From Planctomycetota bacterium (GTDB lineage Bacteria; Planctomycetota; UBA1135; UBA2386), in contig JBFWWV010000014.1 of assembly GCA_050245995.1 (NCBI GenBank), forward strand, positions 73,893-137,892: a DNA stretch of 64,000 nt, given 5' to 3'. Within the stretch, counting starts at the first letter, position 1. The number at the start of each line of letters is the position of its first letter. Below the pieces are notes generated by a model. It was not told the DNA's origin. It was given only the letters and a program-made list of their open reading frames with translations, and did not search any database. A program made the translations under genes and the position numbers. Positions 52,361 to 60,800 of the stretch are shown here, in pieces.

Positions 52361-54000
52361 CGGAACAGGAACCGCGAGTGGTTGCTGCCGTGCACCTCGG
52401 TGTGGCAGCGCAGGCAGTCGGTGAACACCGCGCCGATCGTCTGGTCGTGGAACGCCGGGAAGTCGCCGTGGCACGAGAGGCAGTTCTGCTGGCTGTTCGG
52501 CTGCCGAAGCAGACGCCGGTTGGCGCCGCCGTGCGGCACGTGGCAGGCGACGCAGCCGTCCCGCCGCCCGGCCTGGTGCGCGAACACGAACGGGCCGGCG
52601 TGGCGCGGGTGGCAGTCGGCGCAGACGCCCTGCGTGAGGTGCAGGTCGCGGATGCGCTGGCGGTCCCGGTGCACGTCGTGGCACGAGCTGCAATGCATCG
52701 TGCCTTCGGGCACCGGGTGGTGGTTCGGCTGCCGGAACTCGGCAGCGACGTCGGCGTGGCAGCGCGCGCAGCTCCGCTCGGCGTCGTCCCGCACGTGGAC
52801 CGGGTCGGCGCCGTGCAGCGGCCCGTGGCAGTCGGCGCAGCCGACGTCGGCGCGCGCGTGTGCGCCGTGTGCGACGCCCCGCAGCGCCTCGTCCTCGCGA
52901 TGGCACTGCATGCAGGCCTGCGCCTGCACCGCGGCCGGCGCGCCGCCGAGGCGTTGCACCAGCTCGCGGCGACCGCCGCGCTCGGCGTGATCGAGCGCGC
53001 CGGCGTGGCAGCTGCCGCAACCGCGGTCGAGGGGCACGTCGGGACCGCCGAGCAGGTGGTGCGTGGAGCCGGGCATCGTGAACAGCGCCGGCACGTGGCA
53101 TGCGGCGCACGCGCGGTTGGTGGCCGCCGCGCCGGCCGTGTGCGGCGCGCCGGCCGCGGTCGCCGCGTCCCGTTCGCGCGGCTCGTGCACGCGGTGGCAG
53201 GTGGCGCAGACGACGCCCTCGGCGAGGTACGGCGCGCGCCGCTCCGCCCAGTGGAAGCGCACCGCGTCGACCTCGGGGTGGCAGGAGCGACAGGTGGCGA
53301 CGCCATCCGCGGCGCGGTCCGGCCGCGTGATCAGGCGCGCCTCGCCGCGGGCGTCGGCGTGCAGGACGCCGTGTCCGTGGCAGCGCTCGCAGCCGTCGCC
53401 GCGCGCGTCGGCGGCGAGGTCGCGGTGCGCGCTCTGGCGCAGCAGCGCGTCGCGGATCGGGTGACACGCGGCGCACTCGGCGCTGCCGGCGGCGTCGCTG
53501 ACCGCGTCCGCGTGCGCGCGCGCCGCGAAGCGCACGCCGGGCAAGGGACCCGCGTCCGGCCGCCCGTGGATCTCGTGGCACTCGGTGCAGGTGCGGCCCG
53601 ACTGCAGCAGCCCCGGCAGGTCGCCGCCGTGCCGCTCGATCTGATCCTGGTGGCAGCGCGCGCAGAACGCGGTCTGCGCCGCCGGCGCCAGCGCCTTCGG
53701 CATGGTGATCGCGCCGAGGTCGTTGTCGGCCGACTCCGCGTGCGCGCGACCGGGCCCGTGGCAGGTCTCGCAGCCCGGCAGCGCCGCGTGCTCCAGCACG
53801 ACCGCGTGCGCCCCCGACAGGAAGCGGCGGTGCTGCCGTTCGTGGCAGCGCGCGCACTCGGCGGCGCCGACGTAGTCGCCGACGCGCGGGAACGGCGCCG
53901 TGTCCTGCGCGCGCGCCAGGGTGCCCGCCGCCAGCAGCAGACACGATGCGGCGAGCCGGCGCACGAGGCGAGGCAGGACCGACGCGGCTGTGGACGACAC
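52357..54000 (-). CDS. 18-heme c-type cytochrome, extended MtrA/DmsE family
   Basis: GGGAG RBS, GTG start, signal peptide; 18 CxxCH counted; ends GPFVFAH...CVACHVPHG...CLRCHTEVHGSNH as in DmsE/MtrA. Confidence 0.9.
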   Translation of the reverse strand: MSSTAASVLPRLVRRLAASCLLLAAGTLARAQDTAPFPRVGDYVGAAECARCHERQHRRFLSGAHAVVLEHAALPGCETCHGPGRAHAESADNDLGAITMPKALAPAAQTAFCARCHQDQIERHGGDLPGLLQSGRTCTECHEIHGRPDAGPLPGVRFAARAHADAVSDAAGSAECAACHPIRDALLRQSAHRDLAADARGDGCERCHGHGVLHADARGEARLITRPDRAADGVATCRSCHPEVDAVRFHWAERRAPYLAEGVVCATCHRVHEPRERDAATAAGAPHTAGAAATNRACAACHVPALFTMPGSTHHLLGGPDVPLDRGCGSCHAGALDHAERGGRRELVQRLGGAPAAVQAQACMQCHREDEALRGVAHGAHARADVGCADCHGPLHGADPVHVRDDAERSCARCHADVAAEFRQPNHHPVPEGTMHCSSCHDVHRDRQRIRDLHLTQGVCADCHPRHAGPFVFAHQAGRRDGCVACHVPHGGANRRLLRQPNSQQNCLSCHGDFPAFHDQTIGAVFTDCLRCHTEVHGSNHSRFLFR

Positions 54001-54031
54001 GGACAACTCCCAGAGGCGACCGGGTCGGGGT

Positions 54032-56479
54032 CTAGCGGGCAAGCGCGCCGTCCGCGATCCAGCGGCGGATCCAGTCGCGGCCGCGCTCGTCGAGCAGGGA
54101 ACCGCTGAGCGGCATCTGCTGCCCGACCGGCGGCAGGCGATCGACCAGCTTGCGGTAGAGCAGCGACGCCTCGGGGTCGCCGGGCACCAGCAACGGCAGC
54201 GCAAAGCCGCTGTCGCCCGGACGCGCGAGCTGCCGCACCGTGTCGCAGCTGTAGCCGCCCTCGCGGCTGCCGCTCATGTGGCACGCGCCGCACTTCTGCA
54301 GCAGCAGCGGTCGCACGTGGCGGGTCCAGGTGATGCCGCCGTCGGCCGGCGGCGCGTCGGCGGCATCGCCGACCAGGATCGCGCCCGCCAGCAGCGGCAG
54401 TCGACCGAAGGCGCCGCCCGCGAGCAGCGGCTCGGGCACTCCGTCGCCGTCGGTGTCGGCGGCGCCGTCGCCCGGCGTCTCGCCGCCGTCCTGCCACTCG
54501 GCGAACGCGAGCGCGGGCCGCAGCCGCTGCAGCAGCGCGGTCTGCGCCGCCGCCGCATCCGGCGCGTCGGCCTGCGCCGCCAGCCGCAGCGCGGCCAGCA
54601 GATCGGCCAGCAGCCGCGGCGTGTAGCGCGCGAAGCCGTGGCCCAGGTCCTGCTGGAAGTGCCCGGCGGGGTCGCGGTGCCGGAGCAGCCGCTCCACCAG
54701 CCGCAACGCCGCGTCGTCGACCTCGGGCAGCGCCACGACACGGGCGGCCTCGAGCATGCCGGCGGTCAGCACCGCCTGGTCGCCGAGCCCCGCGGCACCA
54801 CCGGCGCCGCCGTCGGCGAGGTCCGCGAACTCGAACGCGGCCCCGTCGGGTCCGACCAGGCGTCGCGCCGCGAACGACGCGGCCATGCCGATGACGTCCT
54901 CGACGCCGACACCGTCGTACTCGAGGTCGGGCTGCAGCAGCCAGAGCCGCGTGAGCGCCGACAGCGCGCGGCCGGTCGCCGCGGCGGTGGCGATCGGCAC
55001 GGGGCCGTCGTTCTCACGGCGGTGGAACAGCGCCCCCGAACGGCGATCGAGGTGCAGCGCCACCAGGTTGCGGAAGCTGGCGCGCGCGAGGTCCTCGCCG
55101 GGCGCCGGCGGCGGCGGCACCGACGGCACCTGCTCGAGCGCGCCCTGGTCGATCCAGTCGGCGACCATCTGCAGCTCGGTCGGCGACAGCTCCTGGCCGA
55201 TGCCGGGCGGCATGCGCGGGAACGGGAACCGCGGCGCGGTGAGGATCTCGTAGGCGAAGCTCCGGGTGTGGTCGCCCGGCACGACCATCGGCAGCTGCAG
55301 CTGCCGCGTGCGGTTGCCGCCCTGCAGGAACAGCGCGTAGGTGTCGATCTGGAAGCCGCCGGTCGGGAAGCCCAGGTGGCAGTTCTGGCAACGACCGACG
55401 ACCAGGTTGCGGATCTCGCCGTCCCAGCTCAGCGCCGGCTCGGGCGGATCGACGGGCTCGGGCGGCGGGAACGCCGTCTCGAACACCGCCTGGACCGCAG
55501 CCGACGGGTTGGCGTCGCCCGCGAACCACGCCAGCTCGGCGACCGCGTCGAGCACGGCGGCCAGCCCTTCGAGGTCGCTGGCGCCGTCGAGCACCCGGTA
55601 CAGCGCCGGCGCGCCGGTGCCCTGGTCGATCGCGTCGAACTGCGCCGGCAACCAGCGCGGCCCCTGCGCCGGGTCGTAGTCGGCGAGGTCGCCGAACGTG
55701 CCGAGCAGCGCGCCGTCGGTGCCGAGTCGCGTCACGAGTTCCTCCTCGGTGGCGAGCACCTGCTCGACCAGCAGCAGCCCGAGCAGGCCGGCGTCGGCCG
55801 TCGCGCCGGCGAGGCCGCCGCGCCGCTGCGCCAGCAGGTTGCTGGCGGCGAGCACGCGCGCCTGCATCATGCCGGCGACGTCGAGCAGCCGCACCGACGA
55901 CGAGCCGACGTCGCGCGTGCGCCAGCGCGCGGGGTCGCCGGCGAAGGCGACCGCGGCGCCCGGCGCCGCGGCGAGGTCGGGCGAGCCCTCGGCCCATGGC
56001 AGCAACGGCTGCCGCACGCCGCTGGGGACCGGCGCGCCGGCGAACGCGGCCAGGCGGACGGTCTCCGCCGCCAGCGTCTCGTCGACGTTGCGGCCGTCGC
56101 CGTTCGCGTCGATCGGCGCGTCGTCGGCGCGCGCCAGCCGCAGCACCCGCTGCGAGCCCAGCAGGTCGGGACCGTGACCGGCGCCGAGCGCCCGGCTGCG
56201 CAGGTGGTCGAGCGCGGCCGACGCGAGCTGCAAGGCCAGCGCCGGGTCGGTCACACCGCCCGCGGCGGTCGGCTGCAGCGGCGCCGTGGCGCTGGCCCCC
56301 GCGGCCAGCAGCAGCGCCCCGGCGAGCGCGTCGGCGTCACCGGTCGTGCGCGCGGATTCGACGCGCGGGGCGACCACGGGGATCGAAGCCGCGGACGTGC
56401 GGCCGGCGCCCGTGTCGCACGCGACGAACAGACAGGCGACGACCACCGCGCGGGCGGCGGTGCGCAGGGGATGGTGCAC
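54032..56479 (-). CDS. Large lipoprotein with two planctomycete-type monoheme cytochrome c domains
   Basis: Lipobox LFVAC; RCQNCH...VVPGD...RMPP...WIDQGA and KCGACH...VPGDPEASLL...QMP...WIADGA. Confidence 0.8.
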   Translation of the reverse strand: MHHPLRTAARAVVVACLFVACDTGAGRTSAASIPVVAPRVESARTTGDADALAGALLLAAGASATAPLQPTAAGGVTDPALALQLASAALDHLRSRALGAGHGPDLLGSQRVLRLARADDAPIDANGDGRNVDETLAAETVRLAAFAGAPVPSGVRQPLLPWAEGSPDLAAAPGAAVAFAGDPARWRTRDVGSSSVRLLDVAGMMQARVLAASNLLAQRRGGLAGATADAGLLGLLLVEQVLATEEELVTRLGTDGALLGTFGDLADYDPAQGPRWLPAQFDAIDQGTGAPALYRVLDGASDLEGLAAVLDAVAELAWFAGDANPSAAVQAVFETAFPPPEPVDPPEPALSWDGEIRNLVVGRCQNCHLGFPTGGFQIDTYALFLQGGNRTRQLQLPMVVPGDHTRSFAYEILTAPRFPFPRMPPGIGQELSPTELQMVADWIDQGALEQVPSVPPPPAPGEDLARASFRNLVALHLDRRSGALFHRRENDGPVPIATAAATGRALSALTRLWLLQPDLEYDGVGVEDVIGMAASFAARRLVGPDGAAFEFADLADGGAGGAAGLGDQAVLTAGMLEAARVVALPEVDDAALRLVERLLRHRDPAGHFQQDLGHGFARYTPRLLADLLAALRLAAQADAPDAAAAQTALLQRLRPALAFAEWQDGGETPGDGAADTDGDGVPEPLLAGGAFGRLPLLAGAILVGDAADAPPADGGITWTRHVRPLLLQKCGACHMSGSREGGYSCDTVRQLARPGDSGFALPLLVPGDPEASLLYRKLVDRLPPVGQQMPLSGSLLDERGRDWIRRWIADGALAR

Positions 56480-56884
56480 GGAATCAGCTGCGAGGGAGGA
56501 GCAGGTGCGCAGCATACCTACGCACCCGGACCCCTGGCGACCCGCCCTCGGCCGGAGCGCCGCCGCCGGCCGCCGTCCTCGGCGCACAGGCCGCGGATGC
56601 GTGTCGCCGCAACCCGTGCTCGCCGCCCCGCACGACCCGTGCGCCGGTCCGCGTCTTGAATGTCGATCGACGCAGCGGGACACCGCACCGCCGCAAACCG
56701 GCTGCGCGGTGCAGCAACTCCGATCCGACTCGCGACCGTCGGCCCGAGACAAAAGGGGTGCGCAGAATGGCGGAATGAAACGCGCGGCGACATTTGCGAA
56801 GTGATATAGATGCGGGCAGTCGAGCTTCATTGGCCCGACCGCTGCTCCTCACTGCAGCTTATTACCTCACCAAATGCAGAAGCA

Positions 56885-57772
56885 ATGTCACGCACCCTCA
56901 CCATGGGCCGACTCGGCCTCGTGAGCGGGCTCACGCTCGCTCTCTCCCAGCTCGCCTTTCACTCGACGCCCGTTGCGGCCAATCAGAAGTTCGGCGCCGG
57001 CGCCGAGATCGAGGCTGCGCTCACCGGCGGCGACGTCGCGTCCGGCACCCTCCAGATCGCCAACGTGACCGTCAACGTCGCCGGTGCCACGATGGCGCTG
57101 CCCAGCGGTCGCCCCGTGTCGCTCGCGGACGCCCTCGGCGCCCCGCTGCCGGGACGCACCGCGCCGGGCTTCGTCGGCACGGGCGTCGGCGCGGTCGTCG
57201 CCCCGTCGCTGCTCGGCGCCGACGGCATCGACATCCTGTTCGACCCGGCCCACAACGTCATCATCGGCCCGCTGACGCAGAACGATCCGGGCGGCCCCTT
57301 CCAGGGCCGCACGATCTCGGTGATGGGCCTCGAGCTCGTGCCCGTCGTCGATCCGCGGATGGATCCGTTCCAGGCGCTGGTCGGCCCGCTGCCGGTCGAC
57401 CTGGCGACGGTTCCGCTGGGCTCGCTGGTCGAGGTCCTGGGCTGGCCCGGTGACGACGGCCGGTTCTACGTGACCGAGCTGGGCGCCGACGTCGGCGTGC
57501 CGGCGGGCGGCGGCGTCAACCTGATCGCCATCGAGCGCGGCCAGTGCCGCACCGACAAGGGCCGCCTCGAAGTTCGCGGCGCCTACTCGGGCACCGGGGG
57601 CACGGTCGAGATCCTGAACGAGAACGGCCAGGTCATCGCGACCGGCGCGATCGATCCGCTCGACGGCACCTTCAACGTCCGCTCCGAAGGCGTCCTGTGC
57701 CCCGGCACCGTGCGCGCCCGGCACCAGCCGACGGGCACCATGTCCGATCCGTTCGTGCTGTCGCTGCGCTGA
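56885..57772 (+). CDS. Exported hypothetical protein (DUF5666-like segment)
   Basis: Signal peptide; TISVMG...GSLVEVLGW...FYVTEL. Confidence 0.65.
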   Translation: MSRTLTMGRLGLVSGLTLALSQLAFHSTPVAANQKFGAGAEIEAALTGGDVASGTLQIANVTVNVAGATMALPSGRPVSLADALGAPLPGRTAPGFVGTGVGAVVAPSLLGADGIDILFDPAHNVIIGPLTQNDPGGPFQGRTISVMGLELVPVVDPRMDPFQALVGPLPVDLATVPLGSLVEVLGWPGDDGRFYVTELGADVGVPAGGGVNLIAIERGQCRTDKGRLEVRGAYSGTGGTVEILNENGQVIATGAIDPLDGTFNVRSEGVLCPGTVRARHQPTGTMSDPFVLSLR

Positions 57773-57796
57773 GCGCGACGACCGTTCCGTGCAACG

Positions 57797-57837
57797 CGGC
57801 GCCCGCCGGCTCGTCGAGTCGGCGGGCGCCGTCGTTT
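57797..57837. terminator. Terminator hairpin between convergent genes
   Basis: CGGCGCCCGCCGGCTC-gtc-GAGTCGGCGGGCGCCG followed by TCGTTT. Confidence 0.65.
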
Positions 57838-57863
57838 CGGGGTGACCCCGACGGGGTCGGGCC

Positions 57864-60800
57864 TCAGGGCAGCAGGACGACGTCGCGGGAGTTGCTCATG
57901 CGGCCCGATCCGGTGGACTTCAGCTCGAACAGCTGCAGCGGCAGGTGCAGCCCCCACAGCTGCGCCAGCCCCGGCGCGACCATCGGCACCTCGATCGATC
58001 CGGTCGGCACGAACCCCGTCGACAGCACCACCGCCTGGCTGTGGTCGATCAGCAACACCATGTCGATCGGGAACACCACCGTCAGGTCGAGGTAGTCGCG
58101 GCGCAGCGAGTAGAGCAGGCCGTAGAAGCTCGACGGGTCGGTGGTGATCGTGAACGGCACCGGCTTCTCGCCGGTCCACGCGGTCGGGAAGCGCACGTCC
58201 GGCATCCCGCCGGCGACCGGCACCAGCGACGAGCCGATGCCGACGTTGGTGGCGCCCGGCGTCACGTCGCACTGCTGCACGATCGAGCCGCCGGTCAGCT
58301 CCAGCTCGTCGATCGCGCCGCGCGAGAGGTAGCTGCCCGCGCCGTTGGCGAAGCGCAGCCCCGGGTCGCCGGCGAAGTCGCACGTCTGGATCGCCACGCG
58401 GTCGGAGTCGTCGACCAGGAGCCCGGTGACGCCGAGCGCCGCCCGGACCTGCAGGCCGTCCAGCACGATGACGTTGTCGCAGTTCAGCACCTCCATGCCG
58501 AACGGGCTGGTCGGCGTGCCGATCTCGAGGTCGTACAGCGCCAGGTCGAACTCGCTGGCCGGGATGTCGCGCACCACCAGCTTGCCGAGCGACGTGTCGA
58601 TGCGGACCGGGCCCGAGCCGTCGGGCATGATCCGCACGGCCTTGGTGATCGTGAACGCCGGGTAGGTGCCGGCCTGGACGACGATCTGGCCGCCGGGGCC
58701 GGCCGCCGCGACCGCGGCGGCGATGTCGGGGTAGCCGCCGTTGGTTCCGACGAACCAGGTGTTGCCGACCTGCTGCGGCCACGGCCGCGCGAAGTCGCTG
58801 CCGAGCTGGCGGGGCTCGCCGTGCAGCAGCACCTCCTGCAGCCGGTACGTGTAGCGCGTCGTGTCGACGGTGTTGAAGTCGGTCGCCTGGTAGGCGCCGC
58901 CGGTGCTGGGCGACCCCAGCGGGACGAGCGGGCTGTTGGCGATCTCGACCCACGGGCCGCCGGGGCTGGTCGCGCGCTGCACCTCGAAGCGCGCCACGTC
59001 GACCTCGGCGTCGGTCGCGAACGCGAGCTCGGCGCGGTGGATGGCCGGCCGCGCCGAGAAGCCCACCAGCGCGGTGCGCTCCGGCGGCAGCCAGTCGATC
59101 ACGCCGCCGCCGTCGTCCTCGAACGTCGGGCCCGCGAACGCGCCCGACTCGTTGACGAAGGCCACGACGCCGGCGCCGGTCGACCGGACGTTGAACGTCG
59201 CGGCGCCCGCCTCGAACCGCGCGTAGCGCACCTGCGTCGCGACCGCGCGGTCGAGGTGCAGCAGGCACGAGCCCGGGGTCGGGTCCCCGTCGCGGAAGGT
59301 GCCGGCGCGCAGGTCGCGCGGGCTGGCCGCGATCGTCGCCGCCGCGCGGATCCGCACGCCCGCCGGCCCCATGTTCGCGAACGCGAAGTTCATCGCCTCG
59401 ATCGCGCCGTCGACCAGCACCGCGTAGCCGCCGCCGGGCGGACCGTCGATGGTGGCCGGCGCGTCGAAGGTCCCGACCATGCGCAGCAGGCCGCCGGCCG
59501 GCACCGTCATCACCGCCGCCGCGCCGAGTGTCAGCGCGCCGCCGGCGCCGATCGACAGCGTGCCCTGGACGTCGATGGTGGCCGCAGCGACGCCGAGCGC
59601 CCGACCGCCCAGGTCGAGCTGCGCCGGCGCCAGCACGCGGACGGCGGCGGCCGTGGCGTCGATGTCGGTCGCCACCGAGCGCACGCCGGCCGCGACCTCG
59701 ACCTGCGCGAACGACAGCGCGCCCGTCAGCGACTTCAGGTCGCCGGTGCCGTCGAAGAACACCGTGCCGTTCGTGGGCGCGAAGGTCGCGCCGGCGGTGT
59801 AGTCGCCGCCGCACCGGAGGTCCGGCACGCCGATCGGGTCCGCCGTCACGGCGTCCAGGAACACGTCGCCATCGACGTCGAGCACCGACCCCGCGGCGCC
59901 GCGCAGCGCTCCGGTCGCCGCGAGCAGGTCGCCCTGCACGTGCAGGTTCGCGCCCGCCACCAGCGACAGGGTGCCGCTCAGGAGGTTCAGCGACGCCACC
60001 AGCACGCCGCCCTGCACCGCGACCAGCCCCACCGTGTCGATGTCGATCCCGGTGAACAGTCCCGCCCCCGACACGGCGCCGTCACCGACCATGCGCACGG
60101 CGCCCGCGCCGCCGATCCCGGGCGCGATCGCGCCGGCGTTGGTCAGCGACTTGCTGACCGCGACGACCGAGCCGCTGTCGACGGCCAGCGAACCCACGGG
60201 ACCGATGTCCAGGTTGCCGCGCACCTCCAGCAGCGACGACGGCGCGGTGACGGCGCCGCGGACCAGCAGGTCCTGTTCGAGGATCACGTCGGCGGAGCCG
60301 AACGTCACCTGGGAGCCGGCGTCGACGATCAAGGAGACCAGCCGCAGCTGCGGCGAGGACAGCACCTGCGGCCCGAGGCCGTTCATCTCCATCTCGCCGC
60401 TGGTCGGCAGGAACTGGGGATTGGAGGACCAGTTGGCGCCGCAGCGGATCAGCGCCGGCGGCGACACCACCACGTTGCTGGTGGCGAAGTCGATGTTGCC
60501 GCGGACGTCGAGCACGCCGGGACCGACGTTGTCGACGCTGAGGCCCTGGAAGACCGCGTTGCCCAACCCGGTCAGCGATCGCACCTGCAGGCGTCCGCCG
60601 GTCTGGGTGATCTGCCCGGCCACGACGAGCCGCGTGACGACGTACGGCCCGTTGGTGAACGTCACCTGCGGCAGCTGGATCGACGGCTGCACGTCGATGG
60701 TGCCGGTGCCGACGAAGTGGAACGCGCTGCCGGGCGGCAGCACCAGGGTGCCGTCGACGTCGAGACCGCTCGACAGCTGGTGCGGCCCGGCGCCGGCGGC

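Noticed and set aside
50123-53944. 1273 aa ORF suggesting the porin is fused to the whole 18-heme protein
   Set aside because: The upstream part is an off-frame shadow; the porin has its own ATG at 52360 and signal peptide, overlapping the cytochrome stop (ATGA)
56656-56670. FNR/CRP-like site TTGAA-TGTCG-ATCGA upstream of the cytochrome operon
   Set aside because: Five-base spacer rather than four, plus mismatches in both half-sites
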